Of a stretch of DNA of 58,149 bases, positions 42,276 through 51,689 are shown in pieces. This DNA is from Alphaproteobacteria bacterium. GTDB lineage: Bacteria > Pseudomonadota > Alphaproteobacteria > CAAHEQ01 > UBA3637. A program made the translations under genes and the position numbers. The stretch is from contig JAZOOQ010000014.1 in NCBI GenBank assembly GCA_045655105.1, forward strand, positions 1 through 58,149. Reading direction: 5' to 3'. The notes under the pieces are model-generated. The model saw nothing but the letters and a program-made list of their open reading frames with translations, ran no database searches and had not been told where the DNA came from. The first letter of the stretch is position 1; every line of letters begins with the position of its first letter.

Positions 42276-44489
42276 ATGAGTTTTATGACAATAGATGATA
42301 TGAATGCCGTTTGTTTTGGAAGTTATCAAGGCGATCCATTTAGTGTTTTGGGAATGCATTTATGTTCAAAAAATATCTTGACCCCGTTTTTATTTATAAG
42401 AACGTTTCAACCACAAGCAAAAAAGGTTGAAGTTGTTAGAACAAAAACAAAAGACGTGTATGAAATGAAAAAAATTCATCAAGATGGGTTGTTTGAATTG
42501 GCCTTTATTGATGAAACAGAATTTTTTGATTATTATTTTAAAATCACTCTTTTTAATGATCAAGTTTATGAGACAGAAGATGCTTATCGGTTTTGGCCCG
42601 TTTTAGGTGATATGGATTTATATCTTTTTAACGAAGGGAACCATAAGGATATTTATCAAAAAATGGGATCTCATCTTATAACACATCAAGGGGTAAAAGG
42701 GGTAAGTTTTGCTGTTTGGGCTCCTAATGCTAAAAGAGTGAGTGTGGTGGGTAATTTTAATGATTGGGATGGACGTCGACACATGATGCGCCCCAGAGGT
42801 TCTTCGGGGGTTTGGGAACTTTTTATTCCTCATTTGCCAGAATGGACAATTTATAAATATGAGATAGTTGGTCCAAATGGAGATTTACTTCCTTTGAAAA
42901 TAGACCCTTATGGTCGTTCATTTGAAATGCGCCCCAAAACAGGAACATTAGTTGTTGATCCTAATAAATATCAATGGCAAGATGAAAAATGGTGTGCCAT
43001 GAAACGGCATAAAGCAAATGCTTTAGATTCTGCAATTTCCATTTATGAAGTTCATTTTGGTTCTTGGCGTCGCAATTCTTTAGAGGGAAATCGTTGGTTA
43101 ACATATCGTGAAATGGCTGAAGAATTGCCTGAATATGTAAAAGAAATGGGATTTACGCATGTTGAATTTTTACCTCTTTCTGAATATCCGTTTGATGGTT
43201 CTTGGGGATATCAAGTAACGGGTATGTATGCACCAACAAGCAGATATGGAACCGCAGATGATTTTAAATATTTGATTGATAAGTTGCATCAGGCGGGAAT
43301 TGCTGTTATTATGGATTGGGTGCCTGCTCATTTCCCTAAAGATGCTTTTGGTTTGGCGGAATTTGATGGAACAGCTCTTTATGAACATGCAGATCCAAGA
43401 CAAGGTGAACATAAAGATTGGGGAACAAAAATTTATAACTATTCAAGAAATGAAGTTTCCAATTTCTTGCTTGGGAATGCATTGTTTTGGCTTAGAGAAT
43501 ATCATATTGATGCTTTAAGAGTGGATGCTGTTGCTAGTATGCTTTATTTGGATTATTCAAGAAAAGAAGGGGAATGGATTCCAAATAAATATGGTGGACG
43601 AGAAAATATTGATGCAATCAATTTCCTTCGTAAGTTAAATGAGCTTGTTTTTGGTGAAAATGCGGGATACACAACTTTTGCTGAAGAATCAACAGCTTGG
43701 CCAATGGTTTCAAAACCAACGTATATTGGTGGTCTTGGTTTTGGATATAAATGGAATATGGGGTGGATGCATGATACATTAGGATATATTTCTCATGAAT
43801 CTATTCACCGCAGATATCATCATAATGAACTTACTTTTTCAATGTTGTATGCTTTTACTGAAAATTTCACATTGCCAATTTCGCATGATGAAGTTGTTCA
43901 TGGAAAAGGACCCATGTATGATAAAGTGCCAGGGGATAATTGGCAAAAATGCGCTAATTTAAGACTTTATTATTCTTATATGTATATGCATCCAGGTAAA
44001 AAACTTTTGTTTATGGGAAATGAGTTTGGGGTACGTAAAGAATGGAATTATGCTGATAGTTTAGATTGGGGATTGTTACAATATGATGATCATAAAAAAT
44101 TGCAACACTTAATTAAAACGCTTAACCGTCTTTATATTTCTTCAAAAGAGCTTTCTGATTTGGATTTTGATGGGAGTGGATTTGAGTGGATTGATGGAAG
44201 TGATGCAGCTCAATCTTGTTTTTCATTTATGAGAAAAGATAAAGAGGGAAATTCTCTTATTATTGCTTGTAATTTCACGCCAGTTGTGCGTTATGATTAT
44301 AAAATTGGTGTTAATGAAGCTGGAGAATATGAAGAAATTTTTAATTCTGACTCAACAGAGTTTGGTGGAGCAGGGGTTGTAAACTCAGGATTGATTCAAT
44401 CAGGTGAAGGCTGGAATTTTAAACCACATGCCTTAAAAGTAACTTTGCCTCCATTAGCTGTTGTGGTTTATCGATTGAAAAATAGATAA
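42276..44489 (+). CDS. glgB: 1,4-alpha-glucan branching enzyme
   Basis: FAVWAPNA, SWGYQ, DWVPAHF, RVDAVASM, AEESTAW, SHDEVVHGK. Confidence 0.98.
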   Translation: MSFMTIDDMNAVCFGSYQGDPFSVLGMHLCSKNILTPFLFIRTFQPQAKKVEVVRTKTKDVYEMKKIHQDGLFELAFIDETEFFDYYFKITLFNDQVYETEDAYRFWPVLGDMDLYLFNEGNHKDIYQKMGSHLITHQGVKGVSFAVWAPNAKRVSVVGNFNDWDGRRHMMRPRGSSGVWELFIPHLPEWTIYKYEIVGPNGDLLPLKIDPYGRSFEMRPKTGTLVVDPNKYQWQDEKWCAMKRHKANALDSAISIYEVHFGSWRRNSLEGNRWLTYREMAEELPEYVKEMGFTHVEFLPLSEYPFDGSWGYQVTGMYAPTSRYGTADDFKYLIDKLHQAGIAVIMDWVPAHFPKDAFGLAEFDGTALYEHADPRQGEHKDWGTKIYNYSRNEVSNFLLGNALFWLREYHIDALRVDAVASMLYLDYSRKEGEWIPNKYGGRENIDAINFLRKLNELVFGENAGYTTFAEESTAWPMVSKPTYIGGLGFGYKWNMGWMHDTLGYISHESIHRRYHHNELTFSMLYAFTENFTLPISHDEVVHGKGPMYDKVPGDNWQKCANLRLYYSYMYMHPGKKLLFMGNEFGVRKEWNYADSLDWGLLQYDDHKKLQHLIKTLNRLYISSKELSDLDFDGSGFEWIDGSDAAQSCFSFMRKDKEGNSLIIACNFTPVVRYDYKIGVNEAGEYEEIFNSDSTEFGGAGVVNSGLIQSGEGWNFKPHALKVTLPPLAVVVYRLKNR

Positions 44490-44508
44490 GTTTGAATTTG
44501 GGGGATAG

Positions 44509-46551
44509 ATGACACGCACCATTTTAAAAGGAGAACCATATCCATTAGGAGCTACATATGATGGAAAGGGTGTGAATTTTGCGCTTTTTTCTTCTTCAGC
44601 AACAAAGGTTGAACTATGCCTTTTTGATAGTTCTGGGAAACAAGAAGAGCGTATTGTGTTGCCCGAATATACAGATGAAGTATTTCATGGATATATTGAG
44701 GGGTTAAAACCTGGTCAATTATATGGATATCGTGTTTATGGGCCTTATGAACCAGAAAATGGCTTGCGATTTAATCCAAATAAGCTCTTGATTGATCCTT
44801 ATGCAAAGTTGCTGACTGGACCAATTTCAGCACATAACTCAATGCTTGGTTATCAAGCTTTATCCAAAAAAGAAGATTTATCTTTTTCTAAAACAGATTC
44901 TGCCCCATTTGTGCCAAAAGGAATTATTACAGATGAATTAGCATTCGATTGGGGTGGTATTTCTAAACCAAAAGTTCCATGGACAGATGAAATTATTTAT
45001 GAAGCGCATGTGAAAAGTTTTACTGCTTTAAATCCAGAGATTGATAAGGCTTTTAGGGGTACCTTTAAGGGAATGAGTACCAAAAAAGTGATTGAATATA
45101 TTAAATCATTAGGTGTTAGCTCTGTTGAATTGTTGCCGATTGCTTCTTTTATGAATAGTGGTTTTTTAAAAGAGAAAGGGCTTTCAAACTATTGGGGATA
45201 TGATCCAATTGCTTTTATGGCACCTCAAGCCTCGTATTTATCAGACAAACGAAATTTAGATGAATTAAAACAGATGGTGCGTGTGTTCCACGAAGCTGGT
45301 GTTGAAGTGATTTTAGACGTTGTTTATAATCATACAGGCGAAGGTAATCAAATGGGACAAACGCTTTGTTATCGAGGGATTGATAATCAGGTTTATTATC
45401 GATTAAATAAAGAAAATAAGCGCTATTATGAAGATACAACTGGTTGTGGTGCTTCTTTTAACTTAGGGCACCCTCGCGTTTTACAATTGGTGATGGATTC
45501 GTTGCGCTATTGGGCCAACACGATGCAAATTGATGGATTCAGATTTGATTTGGCTACTACTTTGGCGCGTGACGAAAATAATCAATATGGTGCTAAAAGT
45601 GCCTTTTTATCAACAGTTCAACAAGATCCAACTTTGCAACGTTTAAAGCTTATTGCTGAACCATGGGATTTGGGGCTTGGCGGATATCAAGTTGGTTTTT
45701 TTAGGCCAGGTTGGGCAGAATGGAATGATAAATTTAGAGATACTATGCGCAGATTTTGGCGTGGTGATGAAGGGCAGGCAGGGGATTTTGCTTCCCGTTT
45801 AACGGGTTCTTCTGATGTATATCAGTATCGTGGTAGAAGACCATGGGAATCTGTTAATTTTATCACGGCTCATGATGGTTTTACTTTGAATGATCTTGTA
45901 TCATATAATCAAAAACATAATGAAGCGAATGGTGAAGATAATCGTGATGGAACGGATCATAATTTATCTTATAATGGTGGTGTTGAAGGACCAACAAATG
46001 ATCCTATTGTGTTGAAAAACAGAATGGATCGAGCAAAAGCATTAATGGCAACATTATTGCTCTCATTCGGAACGCCAATGATCAGATCCGGTGATGAGAT
46101 TATGGCCTCGCAACAAGGCAATAATAACACATACGCCCAAGATAATGAATATTCATGGATTGATTGGGAACATATAACAGAGCAAGGCAAAGAAATGCTT
46201 AAAATGGTGAAGGAATTGATGTCTTTTCGTCAATCAAGACCAATTATGGAACATAGTCATTTCTTTACCGAAGATATTTGCACATGGTATAAACCAGATG
46301 GCTTGCAAATGGAAAAAAATGACTGGCATTATTATGTGAGGGCTGTTTCTTGTTTGATAAAAAATCATAAAAATAACAATAGGTTATTTATGATTTTTAA
46401 TGCATATCATGAAGAAATTAAGTGGACTTTGCCTGCAAGAGATTTTGATTGGAAGATTGTTTTTTCAACATCAGATACGTTAAAAAAACAAAAAGTTAAA
46501 AGTTTAAAAGTACCACCATTTAGCGTTGTGGTATTAGAAAAAATGAAATAG
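44509..46551 (+). CDS. glgX: Glycogen debranching enzyme
   Basis: PLGATYDG, NYWGY, DVVYNH, DGFRFDLA, AEPWD, NFITAHDGFTL. Confidence 0.97.
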   Translation: MTRTILKGEPYPLGATYDGKGVNFALFSSSATKVELCLFDSSGKQEERIVLPEYTDEVFHGYIEGLKPGQLYGYRVYGPYEPENGLRFNPNKLLIDPYAKLLTGPISAHNSMLGYQALSKKEDLSFSKTDSAPFVPKGIITDELAFDWGGISKPKVPWTDEIIYEAHVKSFTALNPEIDKAFRGTFKGMSTKKVIEYIKSLGVSSVELLPIASFMNSGFLKEKGLSNYWGYDPIAFMAPQASYLSDKRNLDELKQMVRVFHEAGVEVILDVVYNHTGEGNQMGQTLCYRGIDNQVYYRLNKENKRYYEDTTGCGASFNLGHPRVLQLVMDSLRYWANTMQIDGFRFDLATTLARDENNQYGAKSAFLSTVQQDPTLQRLKLIAEPWDLGLGGYQVGFFRPGWAEWNDKFRDTMRRFWRGDEGQAGDFASRLTGSSDVYQYRGRRPWESVNFITAHDGFTLNDLVSYNQKHNEANGEDNRDGTDHNLSYNGGVEGPTNDPIVLKNRMDRAKALMATLLLSFGTPMIRSGDEIMASQQGNNNTYAQDNEYSWIDWEHITEQGKEMLKMVKELMSFRQSRPIMEHSHFFTEDICTWYKPDGLQMEKNDWHYYVRAVSCLIKNHKNNNRLFMIFNAYHEEIKWTLPARDFDWKIVFSTSDTLKKQKVKSLKVPPFSVVVLEKMK

Positions 46552-46560
46552 GGGGAGAAG

Positions 46561-48750
46561 ATGGTAAAAGAGGTTGTTAATCTCGAAAAATTAAATTTGT
46601 TATCTGAAAAAGCAGGTATTTGGCTTAATTTTTGGGATCGTGGAACAAATACTCTTTATGAAGCAGATACTCTTTCTAAGCAAACGATTTTAAAAAGTTT
46701 GGGATATAAAGCTGATACAAATAAAGAAATTGAGGCTTCTTTAAAAAAAATTAAACAAGATGAATATGCTTATTTAATTTCAAAAACGATTGTTGTGCGC
46801 TTAACTGAATCAGAGGATACAATTATTCCCATTTATCTTAAAAAGGAATTAGAAAATGAAACTTTGATTTGGCGCATTAAAACGAGTGAAGGTGAAGAAT
46901 TTTTTGATGAAGTGCCACTTTCATTATTGCCAACGATTCAAGAAGATGAGATTGATGGAGAAGTTTATATTCAAAAAGAATTAAGTTTAATGCTTGAGTT
47001 AGAAATGGGCTATCATTCTTTAAGTGTTCAAATAAAAAAGAAAAAAGAAACTTCATCATTAATTATTGTTCCAGATACTTGTTATATGAATGAAGCATTG
47101 GCTGAGGATAAAAAAGTTTTTGGATATCCTGTTCAATTATATGCTGTTCGATCCAAAAGAAATTGGGGTATTGGTGATTTTAAAGATTTAGAAGGATTAA
47201 TTGATGTTGCTATTAAAACAGGGGCTTCTTTTATTGGAGTGAATCCATTATCCGCTCTTTTTCAAGATAATCCAGATGACGCAAGTCCTTATTTCCCATG
47301 CTCGAGATTGTTTTTAAATCCAATTTATATTGATGTTGAAGGTGTTGCGGAACGAGAAAATTATGTTCAATTTCAACGTTGGTTCTCGTATCCTTCTATT
47401 CAAAGACTTTTAAAAATGGCGCGTCGCGGTAAAACGGTTGATTATCATGCGGTTTTGGGTTTAAAGAAGAGTGCATTTAAAATTTTATATAAAAGATTTA
47501 AGGAGCTTCATTTTGATTTTAATGGGAATGCTTTGACTCAACGGGGAAAAGATTTTAATGCGTTTTTGAAAGAAAAAGGTAAAGCTCTTCAAGATTTTGC
47601 AGTCTTTCAAGTGCTAAGAGATAAAGCTGCTTTAAATAAAACATCAATGATGTGGCGTGAATGGGAAAAGTTTTTTCAAAATCCTTCTTCAAAAGAGCTC
47701 AAAGAATTTATTAAAGAAAATGAAACCGATATTTATAATATTTACTATCAACAATTTATTGCTTTTGAACAATTAGATAAAGTGATTCAAAAAGCAAAAG
47801 CTTTACCATTGGGGCTTTATACGGATATGCCTGTTGGTGTGAGCGATAATTCGGCGGAGGTATGGTCAGATCAAGTTTCATTTATGACAGGGGTAACAAC
47901 GGGTGCACCACCAGATGCCTTTAATCAAAAAGGGCAAGATTGGTCTTTGGCGCCATTTAATCCAAAAGTTCTTCACAAAACGGGATATAAAGCGTTTATA
48001 AATGTGTTAAGAAGTGTAATGAAGGGAGCAGGGGCTGTTCGAATTGATCATGCCTTTGGATTAATGCGCCTTTATTTAAGAGTTCAAGGGGCAACAGGGG
48101 CTTATTTAACTTTCCCATTTAAAGAATTAACAGGGATTTTAGCGCTTGAAAGTCACTTAAACAAAACGGTTGTTATTGCTGAAGATTTGGGAACTGCGCC
48201 AGATGGCTTTTCAAATGAAATGATTAAATTGAATGCTTTTTCATTTAAAATTATGCATTTTGAACGCGATTGGAATGGTTTTATTGCGCCAGAGCACTAT
48301 CCAACTAATTCTTTAATTTCAACGGGAACTCATGATTTGCCTTCTTATACAGGGTTTTATAAAGAGTTAGATTTAGAGCTTGCTAAAAAGATGAAAACCA
48401 TTTCTTTAGAGCAATATACGCACCATAAAGAAAACAGAAAAACAGAAAAAGAATTATTCTTAAAGGCTTTTGAACAACAAGGTTTTGAGATTAAAATGGC
48501 TCAAAAAGAAGAAAAAGAGGTTCCTGCTTGGTTTATTCCATCTGTTTATAAATATTTATCTTTGACAAATAGTAAAATTTTGCTTATAAGACCGGAAGAC
48601 ATTTTTGAAATGGATGAGCAGTTTAATTTGCCTGGAACTTATATGGAATATCCAAATTGGCGCCATAAATTGCCTGTATATCTTGAAGAAATGTTGCAAG
48701 ATAAAAGATTAAAGGATATCGTTCGTATTGTAAAAAAACAAAGAGATTAG
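46561..48750 (+). CDS. malQ: 4-alpha-glucanotransferase
   Basis: WGIGDF, GAPPDAF..GQDW, RIDHAFG, AEDLG, GTHDLP, NLPGT...NWR. Confidence 0.96.
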   Translation: MVKEVVNLEKLNLLSEKAGIWLNFWDRGTNTLYEADTLSKQTILKSLGYKADTNKEIEASLKKIKQDEYAYLISKTIVVRLTESEDTIIPIYLKKELENETLIWRIKTSEGEEFFDEVPLSLLPTIQEDEIDGEVYIQKELSLMLELEMGYHSLSVQIKKKKETSSLIIVPDTCYMNEALAEDKKVFGYPVQLYAVRSKRNWGIGDFKDLEGLIDVAIKTGASFIGVNPLSALFQDNPDDASPYFPCSRLFLNPIYIDVEGVAERENYVQFQRWFSYPSIQRLLKMARRGKTVDYHAVLGLKKSAFKILYKRFKELHFDFNGNALTQRGKDFNAFLKEKGKALQDFAVFQVLRDKAALNKTSMMWREWEKFFQNPSSKELKEFIKENETDIYNIYYQQFIAFEQLDKVIQKAKALPLGLYTDMPVGVSDNSAEVWSDQVSFMTGVTTGAPPDAFNQKGQDWSLAPFNPKVLHKTGYKAFINVLRSVMKGAGAVRIDHAFGLMRLYLRVQGATGAYLTFPFKELTGILALESHLNKTVVIAEDLGTAPDGFSNEMIKLNAFSFKIMHFERDWNGFIAPEHYPTNSLISTGTHDLPSYTGFYKELDLELAKKMKTISLEQYTHHKENRKTEKELFLKAFEQQGFEIKMAQKEEKEVPAWFIPSVYKYLSLTNSKILLIRPEDIFEMDEQFNLPGTYMEYPNWRHKLPVYLEEMLQDKRLKDIVRIVKKQRD

Positions 48751-48755
48751 AATTA

Positions 48756-49496
48756 ATGGATAAATTTCAAAAAAAATATCGCGTCAGATCAGCTGAATGT
48801 GACAGGTTTAATCAATTAAGATTACGCTCCTTATTTAATTTATTTCAAGATATTGCCGATTTGAATGCTGAAGAATTAGGGGTTGGATATAATTTTTGCC
48901 TTCAAAATAATATGACTTGGATGGGGTCTGGGTATCATGTGAAGATTAATAGGTTGCCTAAAAGAGATGAAAACTTGATTTTATCTTCTTGGCCATCAGG
49001 TGTTGCATCCTTATCTGCGATTAGAGATTTTGAGCTTAAAAATGATATGGGTGAAACGCTTCTTGTTGCTTCAAGTAGTTGGATTTTAATTGATTTAATC
49101 AGAAAAAGACCTTTGCCAGTTCAAAAGCATGTGGGGCATTTAAAAGCGCTTGAAGAAAGATCACTTCAAACAAATTTTGAAAAGATTATATTGCCTGAAA
49201 CATTTGAGTATGAGGCTGATGAAGTTATTCGAGAAGATGATATTGATATTAACCAGCATGTGAATAATGCCGTGTATCCTTCTTGGTTATTGGATGCTTT
49301 GCCAGAGGATTTTTTAGCTCATCATCAATTAAAAGAGTTAAAAATTCAATTCAAGCAAGGGGCCGAAAAACAAAGTGTTGTTAAAATATTAAGCCATATT
49401 TCTGATAGTAATGTTTATACGATTGTTCAAGATTCAGAAACAAAAAAAGAATATGCGCGTATTTTTAGTTGTTGGGATAAAAAAGAGTTGGAGTAA
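48756..49496 (+). CDS. Acyl-ACP thioesterase (double hot-dog fold)
   Basis: DIDINQHVNNAVY catalytic motif; LFQDIA, RDF. Confidence 0.9.
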   Translation: MDKFQKKYRVRSAECDRFNQLRLRSLFNLFQDIADLNAEELGVGYNFCLQNNMTWMGSGYHVKINRLPKRDENLILSSWPSGVASLSAIRDFELKNDMGETLLVASSSWILIDLIRKRPLPVQKHVGHLKALEERSLQTNFEKIILPETFEYEADEVIREDDIDINQHVNNAVYPSWLLDALPEDFLAHHQLKELKIQFKQGAEKQSVVKILSHISDSNVYTIVQDSETKKEYARIFSCWDKKELE

Positions 49497-49502
49497 TAAT
49501 TT

Positions 49503-50774
49503 TTGACGAATACATTGGTTTTATTGCCGTATTTAAAACAAGAAACGGATATAAGAACGCCTAAAGCAAGGCTTGAAGAAGTTGCCAGTTTAACAAAGGC
49601 TATTGAATTAAATGTGATTGAAAGTGCGCTTGTTCCTTTAAAAGAAATTAAAGCGAATGCATATATTGGGAAAGGCGTTATTGAAAATTATATTGATTTT
49701 ATTAAAGAAAATGAAATTGATCTGGTTATTTTAGCTTGTAAATTATCTCCACTTCAACAAAGAAACCTTGAAAAAGCATGGAATACAAAAGTTATTGATA
49801 AGACGGCATTGATTTTAGAAATTTTTGGTAAACGAGCGCGCACAAAAGAAGGTGTTCTTCAAGTTGAATTAGCGCATTTAACTTATGCGAGATCTCGTTT
49901 GGTTCGATCATGGACTCACCTTGAACGACAACGCGGTGGTTCCGGGTTCTTGGGAGGGCCAGGTGAAACGCAGATTGAGCTTGACCGAAGATTAATTGAT
50001 GAAGATATCATCAAAATTAAAAAAGAATTAGAGGCAGTGAAAAAAACAAGATATCTGCATAGAGCTGCCCGCCAAAAAGTGCCGTTTCCAATTGTTGCCC
50101 TGGTGGGATATACCAATGCTGGAAAATCCACTTTGTTTAATAAATTAACCCAAGCAAATGTGATGGCAAAAGATATGTTGTTTGCAACACTAGATCCAAC
50201 AATGCGCAAAATTAAATTGCCGTCAGGGCAGGTGGTAATTTTATCTGATACAGTGGGATTTATTTCTGATTTGCCAACAGAATTGATTATGGCTTTTAGG
50301 GCAACGCTTGAAGAAGTGTTAGATGCAGATGTGATCGTTCATGTTAGGGATTATTTTCATGATGATTCAACGGCTCAACGTAAAGATGTTGAGGCGGTTT
50401 TATCTGATTTAGGTCTTCATGATGAAGTTGAAGAAGGTCTGATTGAGGCTTTAAATAAAATGGATCTTTATGATGAAGATGATCGAAAAATGATTTTAGA
50501 ACAAAAGAAACGCCGCCCAAAGGAATGTCCAATTTGTGCTGAAACAGGCGAGGGGTTTGATAAGCTTTTAAATTGCATTGAAGAAGCGTTGAATAAAGAA
50601 GCTAAAGAAGTTGAACTTAAAATACCGGTTACAGATGGAAAGGCGTTGGCGCAAATTTATCAAAAAGCTCAAGTGATAGAGCGAAAAGATTTGCAACGAT
50701 ATATAAAGTTAAAGGTTAAAATTAAAGAAAGTGAACTTTTTTATTTTGAAGAGTTTATGAAAGGCGAAAAATGA
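49503..50774 (+). CDS. hflX: GTPase HflX (TTG start)
   Basis: LQVELA, GGPGETQIELDRR, GYTNAGKST, LFATLDPT, DTVGFI, NKMD. Confidence 0.97.
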   Translation: MTNTLVLLPYLKQETDIRTPKARLEEVASLTKAIELNVIESALVPLKEIKANAYIGKGVIENYIDFIKENEIDLVILACKLSPLQQRNLEKAWNTKVIDKTALILEIFGKRARTKEGVLQVELAHLTYARSRLVRSWTHLERQRGGSGFLGGPGETQIELDRRLIDEDIIKIKKELEAVKKTRYLHRAARQKVPFPIVALVGYTNAGKSTLFNKLTQANVMAKDMLFATLDPTMRKIKLPSGQVVILSDTVGFISDLPTELIMAFRATLEEVLDADVIVHVRDYFHDDSTAQRKDVEAVLSDLGLHDEVEEGLIEALNKMDLYDEDDRKMILEQKKRRPKECPICAETGEGFDKLLNCIEEALNKEAKEVELKIPVTDGKALAQIYQKAQVIERKDLQRYIKLKVKIKESELFYFEEFMKGEK

Positions 50775-51094
50775 GCAAACTTTTTGAAAGAAATGTTGAA
50801 GATTTTGTTTGCGCCGTTTGTGGGCAAGAAGTTGAAGGCAATGGATATACCAACCACTGCCCAAAATGTTTATCTTCTTTGCATGTGGATATTAATCCAG
50901 GGGATAGGGCATCAACTTGTCATGGAATAATGTATGCTGTTGGGTATGAAATCAAAAATGGTGCAGAATTTATTTTGCATGAATGTTCAAAATGTGAATT
51001 TCAGCGCAAAAACAAAGTTTCTCCAAAAGATTCAAGAAAAGCCTTGATTGCATTATCTTCTGGAACATTTAATCCATTAGAATTAAAAAAATAA
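50771..51094 (+). CDS. RNHCP-domain zinc-ribbon protein
   Basis: FVCAVCG, TNHCPKCLSSLHVD..PGDRAS.C.G.M, HECSKC. Confidence 0.88.
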   Translation: MSKLFERNVEDFVCAVCGQEVEGNGYTNHCPKCLSSLHVDINPGDRASTCHGIMYAVGYEIKNGAEFILHECSKCEFQRKNKVSPKDSRKALIALSSGTFNPLELKK

Positions 51095-51097
51095 ATT

Positions 51098-51126
51098 AAA
51101 AACCCTGCTTGGAGCAGGGCTTTTTT
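51098..51126 (+). terminator. Terminator after the glgB...RNHCP run; left copy of a 22-bp direct repeat
   Basis: CCCTGCTT-g-GAGCAGGG region followed by CTTTTTT. Confidence 0.8.
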
Positions 51127-51193
51127 ACAACAAGATTTTTCATCAAATACTTTTCTGTATAAAAGGATTTTTATTTGAGGATTAAAAAAAATA

Positions 51194-51222
51194 TTGAACT
51201 CAAAATATCTTTATGATAAACT
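51194..51222 (+). promoter_or_regulatory. Sigma70-type promoter with extended -10
   Basis: TTGAAC-N17-TAAACT with TG at 51214-51215; predicted start near 51228. Confidence 0.65.
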
Positions 51223-51226
51223 GAAG

Positions 51227-51436
51227 CCTAGATTTAATTTTGTAGAAAGAGATTAAATCTAGGGCGTAGAAACCCTTTGTACAAGTAGTCGTTTAAGCAT
51301 AGCGACTAAAATAAGTATGCCGACTTTCGTCTGATGGACGGATGTCGGTGAATAAGGTTTTGGCCAAATAAGCCGAGCCGTCAACTTGTACACGGTTTTC
51401 TAACATCCGCCCGCCTTTTAAAGGTGGGTTTTGTTT
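51227..51436 (+). ncRNA. Structured RNA leader resembling phage P1 C4 / P4 CI antisense RNA with its upstream target boxes, ending in a terminator
   Basis: 12-bp hairpin 51227-51263 with loop GTAGAAA; second GTAGAAA 51266-51272; TGTACAAGT 51278-51286. Closing stem CGGATGT (51339-45)/ACATCCG (51403-09) encloses ACTTGTACA (51384-92) and TTTCTA (51397-402), the complements of those boxes. Terminator at 51410-51436. Confidence 0.6.
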
Positions 51437-51459
51437 AACACAATTATTAGGAGAGATGT

Positions 51460-51636
51460 ATGAAAAAAGTGTTATTATTTTCAAGTTTGATTTTGTTTTC
51501 AATTATGTTGACTTCTTTTGCTCAGGCAGGGACCGTTCATGTTAAGGGTTATCATAGACAAGATGGAACATATGTTCAACCGCATACAAGAACTGCTCCA
51601 GATGGGATTAAATGGAATAATAAGTCCAATTGGTAG
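51460..51636 (+). CDS. 58-aa secreted small protein (below the ORF-track size range)
   Basis: AGGAGA SD at 51449-51454. MKKVLLFSSLILFSIMLTSFAQA|GTVHVKGYHRQDGTYVQPHTRTAPDGIKWNNKSNW*: Sec signal with AQA cleavage site. Terminator immediately after the stop. Confidence 0.85.
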   Translation: MKKVLLFSSLILFSIMLTSFAQAGTVHVKGYHRQDGTYVQPHTRTAPDGIKWNNKSNW

Positions 51637-51638
51637 TG

Positions 51639-51667
51639 AAAAAAGCCCTGCAGGGAGCAGGGCTTTT
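51639..51667. terminator. Bidirectional terminator (small gene / metK); right copy of the direct repeat
   Basis: AAAAGCCCTGC-aggga-GCAGGGCTTTT. Confidence 0.85.
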
Positions 51668-51689
51668 ATCTTTAAAATAAATCAAATTT

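Noticed and set aside
51227-51436. tRNA or CRISPR reading of the structured region
   Set aside because: No T-loop (GTTCRA), D-loop or CCA; no regularly spaced repeats with spacers, and no cas genes.
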